Shown here: positions 9,489 through 17,935 of the stretch, piece after piece | Position numbering within the stretch: position 1 is the stretch's first letter | How the letters are laid out: every line of letters begins with the position of its first letter | Source: Chthonomonadaceae bacterium | Lineage (GTDB): Bacteria; Armatimonadota; Chthonomonadetes; Chthonomonadales; Chthonomonadaceae | Reading direction: 5' to 3' | Length of the DNA stretch: 47,671 nucleotides | Assembly: GCA_035650735.1 (NCBI GenBank) | Contig: DASRGZ010000125.1 | Coordinates: 1-47,671 of the forward strand | Made by a program: the position numbers and the translations under genes | Notes under the pieces: generated by a model | Databases searched by the model: none | What the model saw: only the letters and a program-made list of their open reading frames with translations | What the model was told of the DNA's origin: nothing

Positions 9489-9695
9489 AGGGACAGGCAG
9501 TAACGCCTGACCTTGAAAAATTGAAGATTGATCTTGCCGCGCCGCTTTGCGCGGCGCACGGATAAAGTAAATTCCGCAGAAAGTAGAGGAGAGGGCCTAT
9601 AAGCCTTCTCCACTTTCTGTAACTCGATTGAATAACAACGAAAGCAAACAAAGACGAAATAGACCCTTGTGCTTTAATTGAGGAGGAGAACGAGA

Positions 9696-9968
9696 ATGAG
9701 CTGGATAGCATGGATTGTCGTGGGGCTGATAGCCGGTTTTCTGGCGAAGCTTATAATGCCCGGTACGCGGGATGAGCCAGCGGGCTGGCTGGGAACGATG
9801 CTGCTGGGTATCGTCGGCGCCATTCTTGGCGGCTGGATCTGGAACCTGGCGTTTGCCGCGCCCGGCGCGAATGGGATCAATATTCCCAGCATCTTTGTCG
9901 CGTTTGTCGGCTCCTGCATCCTGATCGGGCTGCTGAGGCTCTTTGATCGCCGAACCACTACCTACTAA
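9696..9968 (+). CDS. GlsB/YeaQ/YmgE family stress-response membrane protein
   Basis: MSWIAWIVVGLIAGFLAKLIMPG..LGIVGAILGGW..AFVGSCILI; AGGAGG RBS. Confidence 0.92.
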   Translation: MSWIAWIVVGLIAGFLAKLIMPGTRDEPAGWLGTMLLGIVGAILGGWIWNLAFAAPGANGINIPSIFVAFVGSCILIGLLRLFDRRTTTY

Positions 9969-10023
9969 GGCAGACGAAGAACAGATTAGTGCAAGGCGCT
10001 TTCCATACGCGCAATAAGATCGC

Positions 10024-10057
10024 GAGGCCCGGAAGGGGTTCCCCTTCCGGGCCTTCG
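10024..10057. terminator. Strong hairpin between convergent genes
   Basis: GGCCCGGAAGGGG-TT-CCCCTTCCGGGCC. Confidence 0.75.
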
Positions 10058-10081
10058 TATTGGTTTGGGCTAGCTGGCAGC

Positions 10082-10315
10082 CTACGGCTCCGTCTCCAGG
10101 GTCTTACTTTCCAGGTTCACGCGATAGCCCTTGCCAGGCTGTATGGCCGCATCCTCCACCGTCAGAATATCCAGCCGTTCCGAAGGCAGAGCAGAACCGG
10201 CCAATCGGAGCAGCCGTTCGCGGGTAGGGGCCACCTGCGGGTGAATCGGATCGCTCTGGCGGTGCCGATGGATAATCTGGCCGGTTTGTCGGTCATAGAT
10301 CAGATAGACGGGCAT
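10082..10315 (-). CDS. Small hypothetical protein (77 aa)
   Basis: Strong AAGGAGAAGGAAG RBS; beta-rich protein-like sequence MPVYLIYDRQTGQIIHRH. Confidence 0.7.
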   Translation of the reverse strand: MPVYLIYDRQTGQIIHRHRQSDPIHPQVAPTRERLLRLAGSALPSERLDILTVEDAAIQPGKGYRVNLESKTLETEP

Positions 10316-10402
10316 CTTCCTTCTCCTTCCCCGCCAGAAAACGGCGGGCTTGCAACGCTGAGGTGAGAATAGCCCTCACCCCCGGCCCCTCTCCCACGCT
10401 GC

Positions 10403-10892
10403 TTCAGGGGCGGACAGGTAGCGGTTAGCGACGGAATAGAATTCCTTCGCTGGGTGGCCTCACGGCTCAGTGTCCCCCTTCGTGGGTACCAAACTGCTTA
10501 TTAACAAGTTGTGTCGGCAAGGGCCTCGCTAGGCGGAGGGCTGTGGCCAGGTGTGGCTAGGCGGAGGCGCGAACCATGGCAGCGCCGACCCGAGCAGGGG
10601 CCCAACCATGGCAGGCCCGACCCTGGCAGTCCGTTGTAGGCCCGACCCTAGAGCGTGTTATGCACTTTTCACCAGCCTCTAGCGACAACAGCTACCCATA
10701 AGGCGAGCAACAAGTCCGTTCAGCCTGCTTTAGAGGATAGCCCGCTGCTCTATGTAGCACTTTCTGCGCCGCACAGAGCCAAACAGAGCGTCAAACGGTT
10801 CCAAAGTGCATAACACGTTCTAGCAGTCACTGGGCGGTACGCTACAGAGCGAAGGGCTTTAGCCCGTCGAACAACAAGTGTCCGCCCTTGAA
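10403..10892. mobile_element. Non-autonomous IS derivative (MITE, 490 bp, possibly IS4-like) inserted in a REP hairpin
   Basis: Terminal inverted repeats TTCAGGGGCGGACA (10403-10416) / TGTCCGCCCTTGAA (10879-10892), 13/14 match. Flanking 10-bp duplication CCCACGCTGC / CCCATGCTGC. No long ORF inside. Confidence 0.85.
10651..10820. mobile_element. Nested 170-bp MITE (IS5-like ends, TA/CTAG target)
   Basis: CTAGAGCGTGTTATGCACTTT (10648-10668) / AAAGTGCATAACACGTTCTAG (10803-10823), 20/21 inverted match. Removing it restores GGCCCGACCCTAGCAGTC, a near-copy of the adjacent GGCCCGACCCTGGCAGTC. Confidence 0.85.
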
Positions 10893-10955
10893 CCCATGCT
10901 GCGGGAGAGGGGAGAGGTGTTGTCAGGCGAGGGGATGTGCCCTGCGCAGAAAGGG

Positions 10956-11261
10956 CTAGAGCGCAAAGATCGTCCCTTCCGCCCGGTGCGCCCCGCCGGT
11001 GGTGCGCAAGCCCACGGTCACGCTGATGGCATTGGAGATCACCTCCACTGAAAGGGCATCGGGCTCAACGCTTACGCCACAGAGGATTTCATCCCCGTTT
11101 TGTTGGCAGACCTCGGCAATGTAGGTATGGGCGTAATCGTCCCCGTCCGTCTTGACCAGGTAGGTCTGCACCAGGTACGATCGGTTGGGGTCGAGGGCAA
11201 GGGTGAATGTTTCGTTGTAATCGCCGGTCGTCCACATCCAGAAAGTTGCAGCCAGTTCCAT
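10956..11261 (-). CDS. Hypothetical beta-rich protein (101 aa)
   Basis: GGGGGA RBS; typical GC3 bias; acidic all-beta-like sequence with two Cys. Confidence 0.75.
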   Translation of the reverse strand: MELAATFWMWTTGDYNETFTLALDPNRSYLVQTYLVKTDGDDYAHTYIAEVCQQNGDEILCGVSVEPDALSVEVISNAISVTVGLRTTGGAHRAEGTIFAL

Positions 11262-11320
11262 AGCATTCCCCCGTCTTTCTGCGGCTTATTCCCGCACGCC
11301 AATCGGCGCGCGAACACCGC

Positions 11321-11854
11321 TCAGAAGCCTATTTCTATTCCCGGCCCCTTATCCATTCCCGGGAGCAGCAGGTCCATAAAACGCACCGAGTTATCCGCCG
11401 CTACCTCCGCCCGGTAGACATGCACCCGCACCTTTGCCAGCCCGATAAACGCCTGTCGGAGGACCTCCTCGGCATCCCTCTCCTGCTGGCGCGCGATCTC
11501 GGCGCGCGGGGCGTTGGGCATCAGCCGCTTGTAGTGCGCACAGGTGGCGTGCTCCGGCCCGCCCTCGGCAGCCCCGTGAAAGATCAGGATGACCTCCTCC
11601 GTGCCGTGCGCCTGCATCAGGAAGGCGAACTCCCGGCGGAATTGATCGGCCCGCAGCAACTCATATCCACTGGCTGCCAGCGCTCCGGGGCCGCCCGGAG
11701 TATACAGGCGGTCGTAATCCACGACGCCCATGTGCTGCTCCAGGAACTCATCAATGCCCTTCTGTAGGCGCCCATCCGAGCAGGCGACCACGAGCGTCTT
11801 CGGGCGCGTCTGGCTCCAGGGCTTCGCGCTGGTATAGCGATGGATTGGCGGCAT
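11321..11854 (-). CDS. Beta-carbonic-anhydrase-like protein
   Basis: CSDGRL (CxDxR), PGG, and H..C zinc ligands (HGAAEGGPEHATC); GGAGG RBS. Confidence 0.7.
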   Translation of the reverse strand: MPPIHRYTSAKPWSQTRPKTLVVACSDGRLQKGIDEFLEQHMGVVDYDRLYTPGGPGALAASGYELLRADQFRREFAFLMQAHGTEEVILIFHGAAEGGPEHATCAHYKRLMPNAPRAEIARQQERDAEEVLRQAFIGLAKVRVHVYRAEVAADNSVRFMDLLLPGMDKGPGIEIGF

Positions 11855-11926
11855 AGGTACCCTCCTGAAAAATTAGATTGATCGCAGTTTTCCTTCGAGA
11901 TTAGGAATCAATTCCTGCCCCGGCCC

Positions 11927-12509
11927 TCAAAGGGCGCTGCCGCGCGTCCTGGCATAGCGCTCATGGGTCAATATCAGGTCGTATTCGTAGCACGACTTTC
12001 TGATTCAGGCGTCTCGTAAACGCACCAGTCCTCAAAGCCCAGCTTCGCAAACGCCCGGTGATTGCGCGGGTGGTAGTCGGCAATACTGCACGCGAAGCTC
12101 GCATCTGCATGCTCTTCTTCGAATCCAAGGCGAGCTAACAGACTGATAGCTTCAGTGCCCAGGCCGCGGCCCAGCAATCCTTCTCACCAATCATTATGTC
12201 GATCCGGCGCAGGTCGAGGCCCGGCAGCCGTTCGAGGACCCGGGGCAGGTTCATCTCCTGCAGCCAGCACTCGCCGATTGGCGCTCCGTCCACCTCGATG
12301 ATAAAGCAGAAGGCGTGTTGGGATACCCCACGGTATAGGCACTGAATCTCATCGAGACTCCGCACCCCGACCGTATCGCTCTCGGAGCAGTAGAGCACGT
12401 CCGGATCGTTGTTCCATCGCAGCAGGATGTCCCAGTCGTCCTCGCGCATGGGACGCAGCACGACCCGGTCGCCGGTCAGTACGATGTTATGCGTCCTTAA
12501 CCTGTCCAT
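11927..12509 (-). pseudogene. GNAT (RimJ/RimL-like) acetyltransferase with two frameshifts
   Basis: First frame ..IDIMIGEKDCW shifts near 12172 to GRGLGTEAI (acetyl-CoA motif). A second shift near 11995 gives ..YEYDLILTHERYARTRGSAL*. Confidence 0.75.
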
Positions 12510-12536
12510 ACCTTCTCGGCCCAGGGAGCGATCTTT

Positions 12537-13748
12537 TCAGGCTATCTGCTCGCAGGCCCGATCTGCAATTACCTCGCCAATTTTCAGGGAAGCGGTCGCT
12601 GCCGGCGAGGGCGCATTGCAGACATGCAGCGCCTTCGGCCCCGGCAGGATCTGGAAATCGTCCACCAGGCGGCCATCCGGCAGCAGCGCCTGCGCCCGCA
12701 CGCCAGCTGCCGATTCCACCAGATCCTCGGCCCGCACCTCCGGCACCAGACGCTGGAGGCTCCGCACAAACGCCGCCTTCGACAGCGACCGGCGCATCTC
12801 TTTGAGGCCCTCGCCGAGGTGGCGGCACGCCAGCCTCCAGAACCCCGGAAAGGTCATCACCTCCCAGAGGTCGCGCCAGGCAAAATCGGTCTTCCGATAG
12901 CCCTCGCGCTTGAGGCTGAGCACGGCGTTCGGCCCCGCATGCACCTCCCCGCCGATCATGCGCGTAAAGTGGACGCCCAGGAACGGAAACGCCGGGTTTG
13001 GCACCGGATAGATCAGGTTCTTCACCAGATACCGCTTCTCGGGCGTGAGTTCATAGTATTCGCCGCGAAAGGGCACGATCCGCATTGGCGTGCGCACCTG
13101 ACCCATCCGGGCTACGCGGTCGGAGTGCAGCCCCGCGCAGTTGATGAGGAACCGGGCCGCAAACGCGCCCTGGCTGGTCTCGATCACCGGCCCCTGCGCC
13201 TCCGGGAGAATACGCAGCGCCCGCGTGTTCAGGCGCAGTTCCGCCTCCTGCGCGGCCAATTGCGCGGCCAGCGTCTCGGCCACGCGCCGATAGTCCACGA
13301 TGCCCGCGCTTTTGACGTGCAGAGCGGCCAGCCCCGCCGCGTGCGGCTCGATCTCGCGCAGCGCCTCCGGCCCGATCCGGACGACATCCAGCCCGTTTTC
13401 CAGGCCGCGTTGGAAGAGATTATCCAGCAGCGGCAGCTCGTGCGGCTCCGTCGCCACGATCACCTTGCCGCAGACCTCATGGGGGATGCCCTGCTCTCGG
13501 CAAAACGCCACCATCGCGGCGTTGCCTTCACGCGCCAGCCGCGCTTTCAGACTGCCCGGCTTATAGTAGATGCCGGAGTGCAGTACGCCGCTGTTATGCC
13601 CCGTTTGATGCGCTGCCCACCGCGCCTCTTTCTCGATCAGCAGCAGGCGCACGCCGGGAAACCGGTGCAGCAGGGCCCGCCCGGTTGCCAGGCCCACAAT
13701 GCCGCCGCCGATAATGGCGAAATCAAATGGAGGCGTCGTTTCCCGCAT
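12537..13748 (-). CDS. lhgO: L-2-hydroxyglutarate oxidase
   Basis: IIGGGIVGLA, HQTGHNSGVLHSGIYYKPGSLKA, PFLGVHFT, AGVRAQA and NAPSPAATASL motifs. Confidence 0.93.
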   Translation of the reverse strand: MRETTPPFDFAIIGGGIVGLATGRALLHRFPGVRLLLIEKEARWAAHQTGHNSGVLHSGIYYKPGSLKARLAREGNAAMVAFCREQGIPHEVCGKVIVATEPHELPLLDNLFQRGLENGLDVVRIGPEALREIEPHAAGLAALHVKSAGIVDYRRVAETLAAQLAAQEAELRLNTRALRILPEAQGPVIETSQGAFAARFLINCAGLHSDRVARMGQVRTPMRIVPFRGEYYELTPEKRYLVKNLIYPVPNPAFPFLGVHFTRMIGGEVHAGPNAVLSLKREGYRKTDFAWRDLWEVMTFPGFWRLACRHLGEGLKEMRRSLSKAAFVRSLQRLVPEVRAEDLVESAAGVRAQALLPDGRLVDDFQILPGPKALHVCNAPSPAATASLKIGEVIADRACEQIA

Positions 13749-13875
13749 CGTAAATCTCATTAAGAGGCCGGCCCGGTTTCCGTTGGCGGTGGGAGTTCTC
13801 ATGGGACGCCATTTCCCGCATAGTCCCTCCCATTACGAGGGCGATAAGGTCCGAAGGGAGACTGCACGCCTCGAT

Positions 13876-13904
13876 ATTATGGCAGGTCGGCCAGAAGGTG
13901 TCAA
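13876..13904 (-). promoter_or_regulatory. Sigma70 promoter for lhgO
   Basis: Minus strand TTGACA N17 CATAAT. Confidence 0.75.
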
Positions 13905-13963
13905 GAAATTGCAGCGGGCTTGCTGCCGGTTATTTAGCTACGCTCACTTTTTTCCGCTCCAAT

Positions 13964-13992
13964 TTGACTTCCGGTAGGGACACGGGTACAAT
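13964..13992 (+). promoter_or_regulatory. Sigma70 promoter for mrp (divergent from lhgO)
   Basis: TTGACT N17 TACAAT. Confidence 0.75.
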
Positions 13993-14061
13993 GAAGCCGG
14001 GGCAGCGCTGCAACATACGCGGCGCCCTCGCGCCGCCTCTGCCCCGAGGAGAGCTTATCGT

Positions 14062-15123
14062 ATGGCCGAGGCCGTAACCCAAGAACAGGTGCTCGAGACC
14101 CTGCGCGTCATTCAAGACCCCGACCTTCATCGGGACATTGTGACGCTGGGGTTCGTGAAAGATATTAAAATCTGCGACGGCAATGTCGCCTTTAAGATCG
14201 AATTGACCACGCCCGCCTGTCCCGTCAAGGATCAGCTCAAGGCGCAGGCGCAGGAGGTCGTCCGCCGTCTTCCCGGCGTCAAGCAGGTGCAGGTGGAGAT
14301 GACCGCGCTGGTGCGCGGGCGGGAACGGGCGCCTCAGGAGCTTCTTCCCGGCGTGCGCCACGTCATCGCCGTCGCCAGCGGCAAGGGCGGCGTCGGCAAA
14401 AGCACCGTCAGCGCCAACCTGGCCGTCGCCCTGGCGCAGACGGGCGCGAAGGTCGGCCTGCTGGATGCCGATGTCTACGGGCCGACCCTGCCGCTGATGA
14501 TGGGCATTCGCTCTAAGCCGCTACTGGAGCAGACGCCCGAAGGCCCCAAAATCATCCCTATTATGGCATATGGCGTCAAAGTGATCTCGATGGGCTTCTT
14601 TATCGAGGAGGGCCAGGCCATCGTCTGGCGCGGCCCCATGCTGGGCAAGGCGGTGCAGCAGCTTTTTGGGGATGTGCTTTGGGGCGAACTGGATTACCTG
14701 GTCGTGGATCTGCCGCCCGGCACCGGCGACGTGCCGATGTCGCTGGCCCAGATGGTGCCCCTCAGCGGTGTCGTCATCATCATGACCCCTCAGTTGGTCG
14801 CCCAGGACATCGGCAACAAGAGCATCGCCATGTTCCGCACGCTCGAACAGAGCACAGGCCGGCCCATTCCCATCCTCGGCATTGTGGAGAACATGAGCGG
14901 CTCCGTCTTCGGCACAGGCGGCGCCGAGCGCGCGGCGGAGCGGTGGCAGGTGCCCTTCCTGGGCCGCGTGCCGCTCGACCCCAACATCTGCGTCGGCGGC
15001 GATGCCGGCTGTCCCTCCGTGCTGGCCGATCCCGACTCGGAGTCGTCGCACGCCTTCCGTGCGCTGGCCGGGGCGCTGGCCGCGCAGGTGAGCATCCAGG
15101 AGTACCGCAAGCGGCAGGCATAG
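14062..15123 (+). CDS. mrp: Mrp/NBP35 (ApbC) Fe-S cluster carrier ATPase
   Basis: N-terminal DPDLHRDIVTLG..TTPACP domain; SGKGGVGKST, DADVYGP, WRGPM, DLPPGTGD and ENMS motifs. Confidence 0.95.
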   Translation: MAEAVTQEQVLETLRVIQDPDLHRDIVTLGFVKDIKICDGNVAFKIELTTPACPVKDQLKAQAQEVVRRLPGVKQVQVEMTALVRGRERAPQELLPGVRHVIAVASGKGGVGKSTVSANLAVALAQTGAKVGLLDADVYGPTLPLMMGIRSKPLLEQTPEGPKIIPIMAYGVKVISMGFFIEEGQAIVWRGPMLGKAVQQLFGDVLWGELDYLVVDLPPGTGDVPMSLAQMVPLSGVVIIMTPQLVAQDIGNKSIAMFRTLEQSTGRPIPILGIVENMSGSVFGTGGAERAAERWQVPFLGRVPLDPNICVGGDAGCPSVLADPDSESSHAFRALAGALAAQVSIQEYRKRQA

Positions 15124-15157
15124 TCCACCGTCTGCTTCCTGCTTCAGACAGAGGCCA

Positions 15158-15193
15158 GAACGGGGCCGACCCAGCAAAGGATCGGCCCCGTTC
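15158..15193 (+). terminator. Hairpin downstream of mrp
   Basis: GAACGGGGCCGA / TCGGCCCCGTTC 12-bp stem; no clear U-tract. Confidence 0.55.
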
Positions 15194-15514
15194 GCATTGG
15201 TTGTCTGCCCTACTTCCATCCTGAAGCGAGCAGACAGGACAGGCTTATGACCGTATGAATGAGTCTGCCTCCGTGCCGACTCATAGCAAGGCGTCTCAGG
15301 AGGATAGCGGCAAGCGCTCGGATTGTGCCAGATGGCTTCACAGCGCAACCGAGATTGTTCTTCCATAAATTAGGCCGCAATCAGCATGGGGGGCTTGCCG
15401 GTTTAGGCACGCGCGCACACACCGCAACGGCCCTCCTAACCGGGCGCTCGCCACACAAACAAATTCCGGGCCTTTGTTTTGGAAAAATGTGGAAAGAATT
15501 GTGCGGCGAATCAC

Positions 15515-15544
15515 TTGACCAGATTTCGCCTTGTGTGATATACT
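15515..15544 (+). promoter_or_regulatory. Sigma70 promoter for the small ORF at 15616
   Basis: TTGACC N18 TATACT with extended TG. Confidence 0.6.
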
Positions 15545-15615
15545 TCCGTAGTTTGTGACGAATCCAAACAGGACAACGGCGTGCCTGCTTAAGAGAACGC
15601 GCGTGAGGTTGAACC

Positions 15616-15789
15616 ATGGAAACTAATCAGACGGAGTGGCGAAGCGCGGAAAATACGACGGCGGAGGGGCCGTCACCGGAGTTCATCCGCGCGGTGGCGG
15701 AACTGCTGGAGACCGATCCGGACGACATTCTCGCAGAACTAGGCTACACGCACACCGACGAAACCGAGGTGGCAGTCAGCGAACTCTAG
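15616..15789 (+). CDS. 57-aa acidic protein resembling the C-terminal half of an XRE-type HTH domain
   Basis: METNQTEWRSAENTTAEGPSPEFIRAVAELLETDPDDILAELGYTHTDETEVAVSEL*; GAGGT RBS; own promoter; downstream hairpin plus T-run. Missed by the ORF track. Confidence 0.7.
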   Translation: METNQTEWRSAENTTAEGPSPEFIRAVAELLETDPDDILAELGYTHTDETEVAVSEL

Positions 15790-16029
15790 GGAATGGGGAA
15801 AACCGCCGGGCAATCCACGCCGCGTGGTTTCCTCCACACGTTTTTCTATGCCCTCTAAGGCTTTTCAATGGTAAAGCGACAGAAATGTGAAAGTTTCTGT
15901 CGCTTTTGCTTTGGCGGCGTATTTTCCCGACAGGCTAAACCCTGCCGCTTCAGGATCGGGCTTACAAAAGTTCGGCCCTCCGCCTAGCGATGCCTGTGCA
16001 GGCAGAGGCAAGCCCTGGCTTCTTCTTGC

Positions 16030-17631
16030 TTAGAGCGTGACAAGCTGGGCGGTCTCCATGCCGGAGATAGCCCGGATCTGCTGCATCTGCTCCGTCGGGA
16101 TCGGCTCGTCAACCAGCAGCACCATGATCGCCCGCCCGCCGATGGACTGACGCCCGACGTGCATGCCGGCGATGTTGATGCCGTTGTCGCCCAACAGCGT
16201 GCCCACCTTGCCGATGATGCCCGGACGGTCGGTGTGCTGGGTGACGATCATGTGGCCGCGCGGCGGGATGTCCACATGGTAGCCGTCAATGTGGACGATG
16301 CGCGCGTCCTGGCCGTAGACCGTGCCGCAGATGGTGCGCTCGCCGCCGGGCAGGTGGGCGCGCACGGAGAGCAGGCAGGTGTGCTCCGGCGAGGTGCGGC
16401 TGTGCGACTCGGTGACCTTGATCCCTCGCGCCTCGGCCAGCACGGGCGCATTGACCAGGTTCACCGGGTCGGAAAGGATCGGGGTCATCAGCCCCTGCAG
16501 GACGGCGCGCGTGATCGTCTCAGTCGGCAGGCCCGTGAAGTCGCCGCTGAAGACCACCTCCACAGCATCAATCGGGCGGCCTGCGCCCGTGTTCTCCCGC
16601 GCCAATTGCGTATGCAGGCTGCCGATCTGTCTGGCCAGCACCAGATAGGGCGCCACGCGCGCCATCTCGTCGGGCGAGAGGGCAGGCAGGTTCACCGCGC
16701 TGCGGGCGGGCTTGCCCTGAAGGACGTCGGCGATCTGCTCGGCAATGTCAATGGCAACGTTGACCTGCGCCTCCTCGGTCGAGGCTCCCAGATGGGGAGT
16801 CACCACGTTTTCCGGCATGCATAGCAGCGGGTTGCTCGGTTCCGGCGGCTCCTTGCCGAACACGTCCAGGGCCGCGCCCGCCACCTTGCCGCTATGGATC
16901 GCCTCCGCCAGCGCCTGCTCATCAATGATGCCGCCGCGCGCGCAGTTGATGATCCGCACGCCGTCCTTCATCCTTGCCAGTTGCTCGGACCCGATCATGC
17001 CGCGCGTCTCGCTGTTGAGCGGAACATGGAGGGTGATAAAGTCGCTGCGGCGGTAGAGCTCTTCCAGCGAGACAAGCTCGACGCCGATGCGGCGCGCGCT
17101 CTCGGGCGTGGCGAACGGGTCGTAGGCGATGACCTCCGCCTCGAAGCTGCGCATGCGCTGGGCTACGCTGCGCCCGATCTTGCCCAGGCCGATAACGCCG
17201 ACGGTCTTGCCGTAGACCTCCGTGCCGACAAACTTCTTGCGCTCCCATTTGCCCGCGCGCAGGCTGGCGTCCGCCTGCGGGATCTTGCGCGCCAGCGCCA
17301 ACAGCAGCGCGATGGTCAGTTCGGCGGCGGCCAGCGTGTTGCCCTCCGGCGAGTTGACGACCACGATTCCCCGCTGCGTAGCCGCCGTGACATCAATGTT
17401 GTCCACGCCCACGCCCGCCCGGCCAATGATCTGCAATTTCCTGGCGGCGGAGAGGATATCGGCGGTGACTTTCGTCTCGCTGCGGACGGCCAGCGCGTCA
17501 TAATCGCCGATAATGGCCTTCAGCTCCTCGGGTTTGAGGCCGAGCCTGACATCCACCTCGACGCCCGGTATCTCACGCAATCTGGCGATCCCGGCTTCGG
17601 AAATGGGATCGCTGACTAAAACTTTCGGCAT
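16030..17631 (-). CDS. serA: D-3-phosphoglycerate dehydrogenase (type I, ASB+ACT)
   Basis: VRSETKVT, GRAGVGVDNID, GLGKIG, INCARGGI, TPHLGASTEEAQ and C-terminal DRPGIIG ACT domain. Confidence 0.97.
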   Translation of the reverse strand: MPKVLVSDPISEAGIARLREIPGVEVDVRLGLKPEELKAIIGDYDALAVRSETKVTADILSAARKLQIIGRAGVGVDNIDVTAATQRGIVVVNSPEGNTLAAAELTIALLLALARKIPQADASLRAGKWERKKFVGTEVYGKTVGVIGLGKIGRSVAQRMRSFEAEVIAYDPFATPESARRIGVELVSLEELYRRSDFITLHVPLNSETRGMIGSEQLARMKDGVRIINCARGGIIDEQALAEAIHSGKVAGAALDVFGKEPPEPSNPLLCMPENVVTPHLGASTEEAQVNVAIDIAEQIADVLQGKPARSAVNLPALSPDEMARVAPYLVLARQIGSLHTQLARENTGAGRPIDAVEVVFSGDFTGLPTETITRAVLQGLMTPILSDPVNLVNAPVLAEARGIKVTESHSRTSPEHTCLLSVRAHLPGGERTICGTVYGQDARIVHIDGYHVDIPPRGHMIVTQHTDRPGIIGKVGTLLGDNGINIAGMHVGRQSIGGRAIMVLLVDEPIPTEQMQQIRAISGMETAQLVTL

Positions 17632-17750
17632 CCTCTTGCTTGCTCCTCTTTCTTTCAACCGTCTCGTGTGACGTCCGATGTTCCCTGTTGAGGCTGTCCG
17701 TAGACACAGATAGTCTACCCCAAAAAACGTGCCGACCCCCTTTTAAGGAT

Positions 17751-17873
17751 GAAAAGAGCCAGGCTTTTCTTCACTCCTGCTTGCCTGCCTCGGCAAAAAG
17801 ATAGGGCGCCTGAGCGGAAGTGAGGAAAAGAGCCAGGGCTGTTCTTCATCCTTCATCCTTCCGTCTTGCTTTC
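17751..17873 (+). repeat. Two degenerate copies of GAAAAGAGCCAGG.CT.TTCTTCA followed by TTCATCC heptamers
   Basis: Copies at 17751 and 17825; a third related copy lies inside the M56 gene at 27468. Confidence 0.6.
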
Positions 17874-17882
17874 TGGTATAAT
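17874..17882 (+). promoter_or_regulatory. Extended -10 promoter element for polB
   Basis: TGGTATAAT. Confidence 0.55.
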
Positions 17883-17935
17883 CGAAAGGTAGCCTGACGA
17901 ATCGAACGCAGAGCCGCCCATACCCGAACACCCTT

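Noticed and set aside
13750..13870. Riboswitch in the ~120-nt lhgO leader
   Set aside because: Some hairpin potential, but no riboswitch consensus I can identify; it needs an Rfam search.
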